The notes under the pieces: generated by a model | What the model saw: only the letters and a program-made list of their open reading frames with translations | Databases searched by the model: none | What the model was told of the DNA's origin: nothing | Made by a program: the position numbers and the translations under genes | NCBI GenBank assembly: GCA_965215195.1 | Contig: CBDCDC010000002.1 | Coordinates: forward strand, 608,001 to 672,000 | From: Candidatus Latescibacterota bacterium | GTDB taxonomy: Bacteria; Latescibacterota; UBA2968; UBA8231 | DNA: 64,000 bases | Direction: 5' to 3' | In this document: positions 49,050 to 60,084 of the stretch, in pieces | How the letters are laid out: every line of letters starts with the position of its first letter | How positions within the stretch are numbered: position 1 is the stretch's first letter

Positions 49050-49402
49050 GGTTTCTCCTTTGGTGACAGATGTTACGCGGTGCCTAACAGGTGCCTGGCC
49101 GCCCGCATGCACATCGCCGATGGTCGCCGCCGACAGGTCTGATTTATACACCAACCCGCTCAAAATCGCAAGATCGGCCAGATTCGTGGTCAACCAACGC
49201 CTCCAATGAGGCTGTCGGTGCGGTGGGTTGCTCGGTGTCGATGACGTCAGGTGGAGGGCGAAGTGATGGCATCAAATTCGGCCATAAGCGATGCCTTGGA
49301 GGATTGAGAGGACGGGTCGGTTCCAAACGTCCGTTTGGTGAGGTTGCGCGTTTTTGAGGACGCTGGCAGCCGACATCTCGCTGCAATTGCGTTCTCGTTC
49401 TA

Positions 49403-50167
49403 CTAATAAAGGCCCATGGCCCGCAGGTTGCGCAGGCTCACACCCAAGCTGTCAAACGGGTCGCCCGGGCAGGTGTCTTGCTCGATCAAGTACCACTCAA
49501 TCTGCGCTCTTTTACAGGCCGTGAGAATGGGCTCCCACTCCAAGTTCCCCTCCCCCACTGCGGCAAAGCATTGTTTGGCACCGTCCATGCTCAGGTCCTT
49601 TAGATGGACGATGTGCATGCGGTCGCGCAACTTGTCCAACCACGAGACCGGGTTGCCGCCGCCGTGTTGGATCCAATAGGTATCTATTTCAAAGGAAAAG
49701 ACAGCCGGGTCGCTCTCCTCGCGGAGGATGTCCAGCCCGGTGCGTCCCTCAAATCGCTCCAGCTCGAAGCTGTGGTTGTGGTAGCTAAAGGTCAGGCCCG
49801 CGGCAATGAGCGGACGCACGGCCTCCGAAGCCTCGGCTGCAAAGCGGACAAAGCCCTCGCGGGATCGGTATTCTTGGGGCAAGCCGCCGATGGCCACGTG
49901 GCGGCACCCCCACATCTGGTGCTCCTCGACGACGGCTTGCGGCTCGTCGCAGATGCGCTGGTAGCTAGTGTGCGTGGCCGCGATCTGTACCCCCTCGGCC
50001 TCGCTTATGGCGGCCAGTTCGGCCGGTGGGATCGCTCCTAGGGCCGAGGCTTGCACGGCCTCGTACCCGAGTGCTCGCACCTTGGCAAAGGTCTGGCGAA
50101 TGGCATCCGGGGTTTTGGTATAATCGCGCACCGTAAACAACTGCGCGCCAATTGCTGAAATAGGCAT
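49403..50167 (-). CDS. Sugar phosphate isomerase/epimerase (TIM barrel)
   Basis: QLFTVR, YHNHSFE, EIDTYW, HLKD, GEGNL, IEQD. Confidence 0.9.
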   Translation of the reverse strand: MPISAIGAQLFTVRDYTKTPDAIRQTFAKVRALGYEAVQASALGAIPPAELAAISEAEGVQIAATHTSYQRICDEPQAVVEEHQMWGCRHVAIGGLPQEYRSREGFVRFAAEASEAVRPLIAAGLTFSYHNHSFELERFEGRTGLDILREESDPAVFSFEIDTYWIQHGGGNPVSWLDKLRDRMHIVHLKDLSMDGAKQCFAAVGEGNLEWEPILTACKRAQIEWYLIEQDTCPGDPFDSLGVSLRNLRAMGLY

Positions 50168-50260
50168 GTGGTCTCCTGTGTCTTGTGAACTCCGCGCAAT
50201 ATAGCCGTCGTCCCGCCGAGCGTCAATTCAGCGATAGCTACGCATTAACCCCCAAGCCAG

Positions 50261-51553
50261 CTACCCATCTGTGAAGTAATCTTTGGTGCCCTTGGCGAGG
50301 ACGGCGTCGCCGATCCGATTCAAGGCGTGAACGTACGCAGCAGTGCGCGGCGCAATGCCCTGCTCTTGGGCAATGGCCCAAATGCGCTCGGTTTCCTCGA
50401 CCATCATCTGCTTGAGCCGCTGGTTGACTTCCTCTAGGGTCCAGTACAGGCCCTGGCGATTCTGCACCCATTCGAAATAGCTCACGGTCACGCCGCCGGC
50501 ATTGACCAAGATGTCGGGGAATACAACCACGTCCCGCTGGCGCAGGATCGCGTCGGCCCCCGGGGTGGTAGGGCCGTTGGCCAGTTCGTACACCGCCTTG
50601 GCCTTGATGTCGCCGGCATTGGCCTCGGTGATCTGGTTTTCCAAGGCGGCCGGGGCGAGGATATCGACGTCGAGCGCGAGCAATTCCTCGTTGGTGATGG
50701 TCTCGTGCTCGACGATGCTGCATACCGTGCCTTCGCAGTACACCGCCTTGAGGGTGCGGGTCGAGTCCTTGAACTGGCGTACGCTGGGGATGTCGAGTCC
50801 TTCGCGCCGGTAAATGCCTCCCTTGGAGTCGCTTACGGCTACAACCTTGTAACCGGCATTGAAGAGCAATTCGGCGACGATGGCCCCGGCATTGCCAAAG
50901 CCTTGCACGGCCACGGTCGTGTCGGCCGGCGAGCCGCTTGAGCCTATCTTGGGCCAAGTCGCCTCAATGGTAAAAAAAGCGCCCATCGCAGTCGCCGTAT
51001 CGCGCCCTAGACTGCCACCCATGGTCAAGGGCTTGCCGGTGATGACCGCCGGGGTGATTTGCCGCTTGATAATGCTGTACTCATCCACCATCCAACCCAT
51101 GATCATCTGATTGGTATAGACGTCCGGCGCGGGAATGTCGATGTCCGGGCCGATGAAGTCGGCCACCGCCTCGACATAGCCCCGGCTGAGTCGTTCCAGC
51201 TCAAAATGGGACAGTTCCTTGGGATTGACCGTGATGCCGCCTTTGCCGCCGCCAAAGGGCAAATTGGCCACCGCGCATTTGAAGGTCATCCAGAAGGCCA
51301 AAGACTGGACCTCGTCGCTGGACACGTCTGGGTGGTAGCGAATGCCGCCTTTGGTCGGGCCTCGGGTGTCGTCGTAGCGCACCCGGTAACCCGGGAAAAT
51401 GCGCAACGCGCCGTTGTCCATGCGCACCGGGATGGAGACTTTCAAACTCGACTTGGGCAACTTGAGCCGCTCAATGGCGTCCTCGGAAATGGTCGCGTAC
51501 GCAAGTGCTTCGTCGAGCCGTTGGCTGGCGTCGCTAAACAAAGATTGGGACAT
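50261..51553 (-). CDS. gdhA: Glutamate dehydrogenase
   Basis: GPTKGGIRYHP, GGGKGG, DIPAPDV, QGFGN, ANGPTT, NAGGVTVSYFEW. Confidence 0.95.
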   Translation of the reverse strand: MSQSLFSDASQRLDEALAYATISEDAIERLKLPKSSLKVSIPVRMDNGALRIFPGYRVRYDDTRGPTKGGIRYHPDVSSDEVQSLAFWMTFKCAVANLPFGGGKGGITVNPKELSHFELERLSRGYVEAVADFIGPDIDIPAPDVYTNQMIMGWMVDEYSIIKRQITPAVITGKPLTMGGSLGRDTATAMGAFFTIEATWPKIGSSGSPADTTVAVQGFGNAGAIVAELLFNAGYKVVAVSDSKGGIYRREGLDIPSVRQFKDSTRTLKAVYCEGTVCSIVEHETITNEELLALDVDILAPAALENQITEANAGDIKAKAVYELANGPTTPGADAILRQRDVVVFPDILVNAGGVTVSYFEWVQNRQGLYWTLEEVNQRLKQMMVEETERIWAIAQEQGIAPRTAAYVHALNRIGDAVLAKGTKDYFTDG

Positions 51554-51785
51554 GGGAAATTCTCCTAAGTGATAGGTTGGATTCTTAGTACACGACCCCT
51601 AAAGTAGGCGACCTTTACTTTGAGTACGCATTTTCTGCTGTTTCCGATGGGTGCGGGCTCGAGGGCGTCCCCCCTCGACGAGGGCAAGATGCCCTCGATC
51701 CTTGGCAGGCTGAGGGCTGGTGTCGTGTAGCAAGGGTTGGATTAATGCATTTGCTATGCTGGAGTACGGCAGTGCAATTCCATCC

Positions 51786-52391
51786 CTAGGACGTTCTCTG
51801 CGATCGCGGCACCTCACTCGCGGGAAATTCGACTTTTGCATAGATCGCACGCAAGGATAGTTGGCAACCAATGGAAACGAGATCAAACTCGTCGTCGAAT
51901 GCGCTAAATTCGGTCAGGAGCCACTGGGGCCCTTGCCGAAAATAGCGTTCGACGCATAGCCTGTTTTGGGCAACGAGCAGGTATTCTCGCAGCGACTCAA
52001 GTTGCCGATAGTGGGCAAATTTCTCCCCCCGATCATAGGCTTCGGTCGAGGGCGAGAGAACTTCTATCAGAACGGTCGGATTGAGGAGAGTATCGAGGTC
52101 GCTGTCCTCAAAGCGGGGTTCCGCACAGACAACGACCACATCCGGGTAGGTGTATAGCCCCGCTGGATCGACCTTTACGCGCATGTCGTTGCTATAGATC
52201 TCGCAAGGCCGCTCTCGCAACTGGACGTGAAGCTCACTCGCCATATTAACGGCGATGAGATTGTGCTCTCGACTGGCACCGACCACTGCATAGACGCGAC
52301 CGTTTAGGTATTCGCTTTTGGTCGTGGCCTTGCGTTCCAAAACGAGGTATTCCTCTGGAGTCAGGTAGGATGGTGCAGCAATGGATTCCAC
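51786..52391 (-). CDS. Uma2-family endonuclease
   Basis: TPEEYL, YPDVVV, IEVLSPSTEAYDRGEK, LREYLLV. Confidence 0.92.
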   Translation of the reverse strand: MESIAAPSYLTPEEYLVLERKATTKSEYLNGRVYAVVGASREHNLIAVNMASELHVQLRERPCEIYSNDMRVKVDPAGLYTYPDVVVVCAEPRFEDSDLDTLLNPTVLIEVLSPSTEAYDRGEKFAHYRQLESLREYLLVAQNRLCVERYFRQGPQWLLTEFSAFDDEFDLVSIGCQLSLRAIYAKVEFPASEVPRSQRTS

Positions 52392-52459
52392 GACAGCCTC
52401 CTATTCGTCTATTGCCAATCTCGCAGCAACACCCGTCTGGGTCAAGTAGCGTCTCCTCC

Positions 52460-53686
52460 CTACTTCTCACCTAAAAATCCCCGCAGCAAAACCGCCGTTC
52501 CCACCGTCCCCACCCCGGCCAGCAGCGCCATGACGCCCACGGCTCCTTGTGCGCCCCAAGCCTCGGCCATTGCCCCGCTCTGCAAGCGGCCAAAGGGACC
52601 GACGCCAATGGCCACGACCAAGGTACTCATCGCGCGGCTCCGCATCTCGTCCGAGGATTCGACCAAGATGATGCTGCTCTGCATAATGCTAAAGCCCGCC
52701 TGCCCCAACCCAGAGCAAAACAGCATCGCCAAGGCGAGGCCAAAGGTCCCGCTAAAGGCAAAGGCGGCGATGCCCGTACACGAAAGCAACGAGCCGGCGA
52801 CAAAGAGCCATTCGTTGCTCAGCTTCCCGCGGCTTAGCTGGACCGCGGCCAAGCCCACAATCGCCCCGCCCCCACTAGCCGCGCCCAACCACCCCATGGC
52901 CTCCGGGCCGCGCCCGAATACGTCGCGCGCAAAAACCGGCAGCAGGTTCATGTAGGGGAAAGCCCAGACGTTCATAAAGATCGTGATGAGAAAAACGCCG
53001 AATATCGGCGCAGAGGCCCGCATACTGGCCCACCCCTGCCGCCCGGCCCACCCCGCCGCCCACGTGCCCGCACTAGGCGCTTTGGAGCCTGTCTTGAGGC
53101 CGGCTAACAAAAACAGCGCCAAGGTGCCTAGCCCAACCAACACCAGCAGGCCCCCCAAGCTACCATAGGCCGCGGTGACATAGCCCGCCGCTAGGGGGCC
53201 AGCAATGCGCGTAAAGCCCTGAATGACGTTCTCCAGCACCATGGCATCAACCGTGCGGGCCTTGCCCACTAGATCGGGCACCATGCTGCGCCGGGTCGGC
53301 CAATCCAGCGCCCAAGAGGCTCCCAATGCCAGCGACACCACCGACAAATGCCACAGTTCAAGCCGCCCCCAAAAGAGCAATAGTGCCAATAGCCCCGTCC
53401 CCAGCACATTGACCAACTGCAGGGTCCAAACGATGTAGCGCCGCTTAAAGCGATCGGTAATCACCGCGCCGAACAAACCCATAATCAGCAGGGGGATGGC
53501 GCGGTAAAAGCCGATGACTTGGACCCACCACGGAGAGTTAGTCAGCTCCAAAGCCAGCCACCCCAACACCAGCAGCTCCATCCACATGGCCTGCCACCAA
53601 AGGCCATTGGCCAACCACAGGCGCACGAAATCGCCATTGGCCAAGGGTTCGAGGACGTTCCCTCTGCCGAATTTTACGCTGTGCAT
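52460..53686 (-). CDS. MFS transporter
   Basis: About 12 TMs, TDRFKRR motif A, LLPVFARDV. Confidence 0.9.
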   Translation of the reverse strand: MHSVKFGRGNVLEPLANGDFVRLWLANGLWWQAMWMELLVLGWLALELTNSPWWVQVIGFYRAIPLLIMGLFGAVITDRFKRRYIVWTLQLVNVLGTGLLALLLFWGRLELWHLSVVSLALGASWALDWPTRRSMVPDLVGKARTVDAMVLENVIQGFTRIAGPLAAGYVTAAYGSLGGLLVLVGLGTLALFLLAGLKTGSKAPSAGTWAAGWAGRQGWASMRASAPIFGVFLITIFMNVWAFPYMNLLPVFARDVFGRGPEAMGWLGAASGGGAIVGLAAVQLSRGKLSNEWLFVAGSLLSCTGIAAFAFSGTFGLALAMLFCSGLGQAGFSIMQSSIILVESSDEMRSRAMSTLVVAIGVGPFGRLQSGAMAEAWGAQGAVGVMALLAGVGTVGTAVLLRGFLGEK

Positions 53687-53739
53687 CGCTCTCTTGCTGG
53701 AGTCATTGGTCGCGCCAACCAGCCCATGGGAGATTCAAC

Positions 53740-54030
53740 ATGTCTGTGGAGGAAAAACTAAGAGACCTCAACCTACAACTTCCCCCGCCACCGCCCTTTG
53801 ACCTTCGTCTCCGGTCAGTTGCCCCTACCAGCCGGCCGGATTCAAGGGCGCGGGATATGCGGCCGCCAAGTTGTGCGCCCTCAAAGCCGAAACCGGCGAC
53901 CTCGACGCGGTCTCCATTGTCCGCTTGGGAATTCGGCACACGCCAACGGGGTCAATGGCGCTTCCGATCTGCTGGCCTCAGTCCTCGGAGATAAGGGGTC
54001 GCCAGCTTGCCGCTGGGAGCGGCCGTGGGC
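53740..54030 (+). pseudogene. Decayed RidA/YjgF-family gene
   Basis: Fragments in different frames: MSVEEKLRDLNLQLPPP, FVSGQLPL, LKAETGDLDAV, NGASDLLASVLGDKG; GGGAG RBS. Confidence 0.75.
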
Positions 54031-55928
54031 TAGGAAGCCTCGCGTTCTTCCGACTGCGGAGCATTGCCGTTGGCCTGCGGCTCGGCGGTGGAATTGCTGG
54101 GCGATGGCTCTTGCTTGGACCTAGGTGGTAGCTCTATCCCGTGCTCTGAGAGCAAGTTGTGCAGTTGATCGCCATCCATTACCTCATCCTCGAAGAGTAT
54201 CTCGACGACGTCCTCCAGCGCTTGGCGATGCTGGGTGAGCAGGGCCTTGGCCCGCACGTACCCCGCGCCGATGATGCCCTTGATTTCTTCGTCGATGAGT
54301 TTGGCCGTCTCATCGCTGTACGCGCGATCGGCCGGGGTCATGCCCAGTACCTGTTGCGAGCGGTCCGTTCGGTGGGCTACCAAGCCAATCCGCTGGCTCA
54401 TGCCAAACTCTTTGACCATCCGCTCGGCCATTTGCGTGGCCTGCTGCAAGTCGTTGGCCGCGCCAGTGGATATTTCGCCAAAGACGATCTCCTCGGCTGC
54501 CCGACCGCCCAAGATCGCGGCCAAGGCATCCTGCAGCTCCTCCTTGGTCATTAGATAGCGATCCTCCAGCGGCATATTCAGGGTGTAGCCCAAGGCGGCG
54601 ATGCCCCGCGATACAATGGAGATCTTCTGGACGGGATTGGCCTCGGGCAAAATCTCGCCGACGATGGCGTGGCCGGCCTCGTGGTACGCGACGATCCGGC
54701 GCTCCTTCTCGTTGAGCACCCGGCTCTTGCGCTCCAGCCCAGCCACCGAGCGCTCAATCGCCTCTTCCAGTTCGGACATGGTGATGGAATTTTTATCTCT
54801 CCGTGCCGCCAACAGGGCCGCTTCATTGACTATATTGGCCAAGTCCGCACCGGCAAAACCCGGAGTGCGCACGGCCAGTTTGTGCAGATCTACGTCTGGG
54901 GCCAGCTTGACTTCCTTGGCATGGATCTGGAGGATGGCGGCGCGACCCTTGACATCGGGCCGATCCACGGCCACGGTGCGGTCGAAGCGGCCGGGCCGCA
55001 GCAAGGCCGGGTCGAGGATTTCCGGCCGGTTGGTCGCCGCCATGAGGATCACGCCGGCGTTGGTGTCGAAGCCGTCGAGCTCGGTGAGGAGCTGGTTGAG
55101 CGTCTGCTCGCGCTCGTCGTGCCCGCCAAAAGAGCCCGCCCCCCGCGCCTTGCCCAAGGCGTCGAGCTCGTCGATGAAGATAATGGCCGGGGCGTGTTTT
55201 TTGGCCTGGTCAAAAAGGTCGCGTACGCGCGCGGCCCCTACCCCGACGAACATCTCGACAAAATCCGAGCCGCTGAGGGAGAAAAAGGGTACGCTCGCCT
55301 CGCCGGCGACGGCCTTGGCCAACAGCGTCTTACCCGTGCCTGGAGACCCCACGAGTAAGACCCCGCGCGGAATCCGGCCGCCGAGGGCCTGAAATCGCTC
55401 GGGGGTGCGCAAAAACTCGACGATCTCCAGCAGCTCTTCTTTGGCTTCGTCAATGCCCGCTACATCGTCGAAGGTAATGCCCGTCCCCTTCTCCATGTAC
55501 ACCTTGGCCTTGCTCTTGCCGATGGACATCAGACCACCGGCCCCCCCGCTCATGCGACGGACGATAAACAGCCAGATCCCCACAAAGATCAGCGCGGGCA
55601 GGATCCACGACAAAAGCTGCGTAAACCAATTGCTGCTCGGCTCGCGGGTAAACTCAACTTGGTGTTCTTCGAGCAGGCCGATGAGCTCGGGATCGTCGAT
55701 GGCAGCAGTGCGGAAGCTGATCTCTTGGCCATTGACATGGGCGCGGCCGCGGATGAACTCGCCGCTGAAGGTACACTCAATGACCTGACCGCTTTTGATC
55801 GATTCGCGGAACTGGCTGTATGGGAGGGTTTCAACTTGGTTGGCAAAATAGTCTTTCAGACTCAGGATCAAAAGCAGCGTAAGGACGGCGTACGCAATGG
55901 AAAGCTGGGTCTTTTTCTCAAATTTCAT
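54030..55928 (-). CDS. ftsH: ATP-dependent zinc metalloprotease FtsH
   Basis: Two TMs, [36 protein letters not shown]. Confidence 0.97.
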   Translation of the reverse strand: MKFEKKTQLSIAYAVLTLLLILSLKDYFANQVETLPYSQFRESIKSGQVIECTFSGEFIRGRAHVNGQEISFRTAAIDDPELIGLLEEHQVEFTREPSSNWFTQLLSWILPALIFVGIWLFIVRRMSGGAGGLMSIGKSKAKVYMEKGTGITFDDVAGIDEAKEELLEIVEFLRTPERFQALGGRIPRGVLLVGSPGTGKTLLAKAVAGEASVPFFSLSGSDFVEMFVGVGAARVRDLFDQAKKHAPAIIFIDELDALGKARGAGSFGGHDEREQTLNQLLTELDGFDTNAGVILMAATNRPEILDPALLRPGRFDRTVAVDRPDVKGRAAILQIHAKEVKLAPDVDLHKLAVRTPGFAGADLANIVNEAALLAARRDKNSITMSELEEAIERSVAGLERKSRVLNEKERRIVAYHEAGHAIVGEILPEANPVQKISIVSRGIAALGYTLNMPLEDRYLMTKEELQDALAAILGGRAAEEIVFGEISTGAANDLQQATQMAERMVKEFGMSQRIGLVAHRTDRSQQVLGMTPADRAYSDETAKLIDEEIKGIIGAGYVRAKALLTQHRQALEDVVEILFEDEVMDGDQLHNLLSEHGIELPPRSKQEPSPSNSTAEPQANGNAPQSEEREAS

Positions 55929-56046
55929 GCGCTATTTTCCAATGCCAAGACGCGCTCTTCCACCCCTTAGTGAAAGGGTAAAAGGGCCAAATTTTTGCGG
56001 TTTTGAAGATAACCGGCGGCCTAGATGTGGTCAAGGTGAGGGGCCG

Positions 56047-57309
56047 CTAGCCGAGCAAGCCGGGCGTTTCCAGTACCTCCTTGAGCCGCGCGAGGAATCG
56101 GGCACCCAGTGCGCCATCGACCACGCGGTGATCCGCGGCCAGCGTCAAGGTCAGTTGCGGGCGCACGGCAAATGCGTCTGCTCCAGAAGCTACCACCCGG
56201 TTTTCTATGGCCCCGACGGCCAAGATCGCCACTTGGGGAGGGTTGATGATCGCAGTAAAGCGGGAGACGCCGAACATGCCCAAATTCGAAATGGTAAAGG
56301 TGCCGCCCAGCATGTCGTCGGGGCGCAACTGGCCGCGGCGCGCCGCGTCGATCAGCCGCGTCCCTTCTAAGGCGATTTCCTCGATTGTCTTTGCGGCCGC
56401 ATCGCGAATGACCGGAACCACCAAGCCCTGCTCGGCCGCCACGGCAATGCCGACGTTGACTTGGGAGGCATAGCGGAAATGACCGCCCTCTGCCAAGCTG
56501 TTGACGCGCGGGAATTCGCTTAGGGTGCGAGCCGTGGCTTTGACGATCAGATCGTTGAAGGAGATTTTTTTGCCCTCTAGCTGGTAGCCGGTGCGGAATT
56601 GCTGCAACCACACGGCCGACACATCCATGCTGAGGTGGATGTGGGGGATCTGTTGGTAGCTGGCCGTCAGCCGCTCGGCCGCCACTTGCTCGGCCCGGCT
56701 CAACTCAATCAACCCTTCGGCGACCGGGACTGCTGAGGTCGGAGTCGGGGCTAGCCGGGCTTGTTCGACCAAAGTCAACACATCGGCGCTGACGATCCGG
56801 CCCCCGGGGCCACTGCCATTGACGCCGGACAGGTCGAGGCCGTGCTCGGCAGCTATTTTGCGCGCTTTGGGCGAGGTCTTATGCGGCCGCCGCCCGTCGG
56901 TAGCAACGGAAGGGGCTGGGGCCTGTGGGGCTGGGGCTGGCGAGGTCGGGGTTGGCGCAGCAGCAGAAGTTGCCGGTGGAGCCGAGTCGCTCGGAGTAGT
57001 AGCCGGAGCCGGGGACAGCGATGGAGCCGGGTCACTCGGAGCGGCAGTCACGTACGAGTCAATGTTTTCGTCGGCAGAAGCAATGACGCCGATCATCGTC
57101 GATACTGGTACTTCTTGGCCGACCGGCACCAGAATTTTGCGCAGAATTCCGTCGGCCTGCGCCTCGACTTCCATCGTCACCTTGTCGGTGGCGATTTCCA
57201 ACAGGGCTTGGCCCTTTTGCACTTCCTCGCCTTCTTCTACCAACCAAGCGCTTATTGCGCCGCTTTCCATGGTCAGCCCCAATTTGGGCATGACGATCTC
57301 AGTAGCCAT
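56047..57309 (-). CDS. Dihydrolipoamide acyltransferase (E2)
   Basis: Lipoyl TDKV, Pro/Ala linker, SPKARK...GSGPGGRI, TISNLG, DHRVVDG. Confidence 0.93.
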   Translation of the reverse strand: MATEIVMPKLGLTMESGAISAWLVEEGEEVQKGQALLEIATDKVTMEVEAQADGILRKILVPVGQEVPVSTMIGVIASADENIDSYVTAAPSDPAPSLSPAPATTPSDSAPPATSAAAPTPTSPAPAPQAPAPSVATDGRRPHKTSPKARKIAAEHGLDLSGVNGSGPGGRIVSADVLTLVEQARLAPTPTSAVPVAEGLIELSRAEQVAAERLTASYQQIPHIHLSMDVSAVWLQQFRTGYQLEGKKISFNDLIVKATARTLSEFPRVNSLAEGGHFRYASQVNVGIAVAAEQGLVVPVIRDAAAKTIEEIALEGTRLIDAARRGQLRPDDMLGGTFTISNLGMFGVSRFTAIINPPQVAILAVGAIENRVVASGADAFAVRPQLTLTLAADHRVVDGALGARFLARLKEVLETPGLLG

Positions 57310-57489
57310 ATCTCTCTCAGTCTAAAGGGATGCAAAGTCAGCCTTGTAAAATAATTGGCCAGAAAAGCTGGTCAATGCAGCGTGGGAGCTATCGCGAGCT
57401 TTCGTTCCACCAAGTGACCGGCTATATTGACCTCCGGCACACTGCAAACGCCTTGTTTTTTCTTTCATCAAACGCGCGACGAGCGGACC

Positions 57490-57951
57490 TTGGCGGCCAT
57501 TACCCGCGACTTCACAGCTACTACCTTTGTCGTCCACGAGGGGGCCACCCTCTTGCTGTGGCACAAGAAAATGCAGGCTTGGCTGCCCCCAGGCGGCCAC
57601 ATCGACCCGGGCGAGCTGCCCGAAGAAGCCGCCCTCCGCGAAGTGCGCGAAGAAACCGGACTAACCGTCGAGTTGTTGGGCCGTCAACAGCAGTGGGGGC
57701 AAGTCGCTGTCCTGCACCGCCCCGCGTGTATCCTCCTAGAGGATATCGAACCGGGCCATCAGCACATAGACCTGATTTACTTTAGCCGCGTCGTAAGCGG
57801 GTGCGCCCGCATCAATCCCCGCGAGGCCACGCAATTGCGCTGGTGCAACCACGCGGCCTTGGGCGATGCGGCCATCGCCGAGGACATTCGCATCCTCGGA
57901 CGCCGCGCCATTGCCTCCATACATGCAGGAGAAGTGGTACGCTGTGGCTAG
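57490..57951 (+). CDS. NUDIX hydrolase
   Basis: PGGHIDPGELPEEAALREVREETGL; start uncertain. Confidence 0.88.
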   Translation: MAAITRDFTATTFVVHEGATLLLWHKKMQAWLPPGGHIDPGELPEEAALREVREETGLTVELLGRQQQWGQVAVLHRPACILLEDIEPGHQHIDLIYFSRVVSGCARINPREATQLRWCNHAALGDAAIAEDIRILGRRAIASIHAGEVVRCG

Positions 57952-58888
57952 GACGGCCTTGATCTACCATCCCGATGCCTTGCTGCACGACACGGGCGAG
58001 GGTCATCCAGAGCGCCGCACGCGGTTGGAATCCATTGTCCAACACCTAAAAGACCGCTCTCTGTGGGACGAGGTTCTGCACCTGCAGCCACAGTTGGCAC
58101 CGCGTCAAGCCCTGCTCAGAGCCCACTCGCCGGCCCACTTGGACCGAGTGGCGGACCTCGCACGAGTCGAGCGGCCTATCTATGTGTCCCAAGGCACCGC
58201 CGCCTCTTCCGGCACGCACCGCGCCGCCCTCCTCGCGGCTGGTGCTCCCTTAACCGCCATTGACGCCCTGCTCGCCGGGCGCGCCGACCATGCCTTCTGC
58301 TGCATGAGGCCCCCGGGCCATCACGCCGAAGTCGAGGAAATCATGGGCTTTTGCTTCTTCAACAATGTGGCGATCGCCGCTCACTACTTGCGGGCCGAAT
58401 GCGGCTGCGACAAAGTGGCGATCATCGACTGGGACGTCCATCACGGCAATGGCACGCAGCACATCTTTGAGGCCGATGGCTCGGTATTTTTTTGCAGCAT
58501 CCATCAATCGCCCCTCTATCCGGGCACCGGTGCGGCCGACGAGCGCGGGCTGGGAGCGGGCCGCGGCCAAACCTTGAATATCCCGGTTCCGGCCGGCAGC
58601 ACGGATGCCGATTACCGCGGCCATTTTACTGACACCATCATTCCAGCCATAGACCAGTTCCAACCAGACTTCATCCTCCTGTCGGCTGGTTTTGACGCCC
58701 ATCGCAGCGATCCCCTAGGGCAGATCCTGCTCAGCGCAGAGGGCTATGGCCAGCTAACCGAGCTGGTGCTCCAACTCGCCACCCGCCACTGCGCGGGCCG
58801 CCTCGTCTCCCTGCTAGAGGGCGGCTACGACTTAGAGGCGACCGCCGCTTCCGTGGCTGCTCACTTAAGCACCCTGCTGGCGGCTTGA
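57944..58888 (+). CDS. Histone-deacetylase-family amidohydrolase
   Basis: HPE, RPPGHHA, GFCFFNN, DWDVHHGNGT, SAGFD, LEGGY. Confidence 0.95.
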   Translation: MARTALIYHPDALLHDTGEGHPERRTRLESIVQHLKDRSLWDEVLHLQPQLAPRQALLRAHSPAHLDRVADLARVERPIYVSQGTAASSGTHRAALLAAGAPLTAIDALLAGRADHAFCCMRPPGHHAEVEEIMGFCFFNNVAIAAHYLRAECGCDKVAIIDWDVHHGNGTQHIFEADGSVFFCSIHQSPLYPGTGAADERGLGAGRGQTLNIPVPAGSTDADYRGHFTDTIIPAIDQFQPDFILLSAGFDAHRSDPLGQILLSAEGYGQLTELVLQLATRHCAGRLVSLLEGGYDLEATAASVAAHLSTLLAA

Positions 58889-59589
58889 GGCTTGGTAAAT
58901 ACGTGAATAGCGATTGAATTCCACGTCTCGACTCGCGTTTCGCGCCGCTGACTATAGCCTTGGGCGACGAGCCGCGCGACAAAGTCGTCGGCGTCCTTGC
59001 GCTGCGGATCCCCGAGGTAAAATCGGCCGCCGGGCAACAGCAGCCTGTACAGGATGCGCTCGAGATAGCGGTGGTTCTTCTTTTCGTAAATAATGTCCGA
59101 CCCCACCAAGCACTCGCGCGGTGCCCCCACGGGATTGCGCCAGTCCAAATAGGCCACCCGATGGTTGTGCCCGACCCGGTTGAGCTGGGCATTGTGGGCG
59201 GCGAAAATCAGCGCATCCTCCACGAAATCGGTCGCTTCGACGCGCCAACCTAACTTGGCTAAGGCAATGCCTACCAGCCCCAAACCGCAGCCTAATTCGC
59301 AGACCCAACCTGCGGGGATTGGCTCCTCGGCGCGGCAAAACCACTGGGCCATGGCCAACGCCGTCGGCCACAGTTCGGCCCAATAGGGAAAGCGCTCCGC
59401 CCCCTCGAACCGCCCCTCGCGCTCAATCATGCTGTCCAACAAAGCACCCACATCGCCGACTTCTGTCATCTGTAGATCGCAGCCCGCTGCCAAGGGGCGA
59501 CGCACCTGCCGAGTGTCGTACTTGCGCAGGGTGCGGCGAATCTGCCGCTCGCTGTAGTGCTTCACGGCTGCTGGTGTCGCCTGTAACAT
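58861..59589 (-). CDS. Class I SAM-dependent methyltransferase (METTL21-like)
   Basis: PYWAELWP, ELGCGLG, ATD, LDW, GSDIIY. Confidence 0.88.
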   Translation of the reverse strand: MLQATPAAVKHYSERQIRRTLRKYDTRQVRRPLAAGCDLQMTEVGDVGALLDSMIEREGRFEGAERFPYWAELWPTALAMAQWFCRAEEPIPAGWVCELGCGLGLVGIALAKLGWRVEATDFVEDALIFAAHNAQLNRVGHNHRVAYLDWRNPVGAPRECLVGSDIIYEKKNHRYLERILYRLLLPGGRFYLGDPQRKDADDFVARLVAQGYSQRRETRVETWNSIAIHVFTKPQAASRVLK

Positions 59590-59647
59590 GGATAGACAGG
59601 ATGGGGATTCCTGCGCAGAGAGAGTCCTCTCGTCATCTTTTACTTAC

Positions 59648-59732
59648 TGACGTTACGCACCTATAGCCCTTCTACTTCCTTCATATGCGGCGGGGGCCAC
59701 CCGCGCTCTCAAGGTACCCGTGCGTAACGTCA
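59648..59732. repeat. Short inverted-repeat (MITE-like) element
   Basis: Perfect 13-bp IR TGACGTTACGCAC/GTGCGTAACGTCA; a related motif lies at 11665-11719. Confidence 0.5.
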
Positions 59733-59937
59733 TTGAATACCTAGCATTACGCGGTGCCCCTACTCGGATTCGTCTAACAGGCGTCTAAAGGCTTCGAGGC
59801 TGGGCACCTGTATGGCCGCCCGATGTAATTGCTTGAGACGTGGCACATCGTCGATGGCCCCAAGGCGAGCGGCTAACCGGCGGACTTCCTCCGGCGGAAA
59901 GCGAAGGGCCAACACGTCGAGGATAAATTCTCGGCTC

Positions 59938-59997
59938 CCCTGCTCAATGCCCTGCTCAATGCCCTGCTCAATGCCCTGCTCAATGCCCTGCTCAATG
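59938..59997. repeat. 12-bp tandem repeat x5 (GIEQ)
   Basis: (CCCTGCTCAATG)5. Confidence 0.95.
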
Positions 59998-60084
59998 CCT
60001 TCCTCGCGGGCTTGTTGGGTCAGGTATTGGGCAAACGATGATTCGCGGATCAGGTCCATGATCCCCTCCTGAGAAAGAATAGTA

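Noticed and set aside
49050-49400. Possible gene fragment or ncRNA upstream of the LarA homolog (MTTNLADLAILSGLVY...)
   Set aside because: It has an RBS-like GGAGG but no assignable family; the better LarA start is 49049
51560-51786. Short ORFs between gdhA and the Uma2 gene
   Set aside because: No motif or RBS support
56047-57309. Orphan E2 with a low-complexity linker
   Set aside because: Pro/Ala linkers are normal for E2 and split dehydrogenase operons are common
59938-59997. Tandem repeat considered as a CRISPR array
   Set aside because: In-frame 12-bp coding repeat with no spacers; no CRISPR array or cas gene seen in the window
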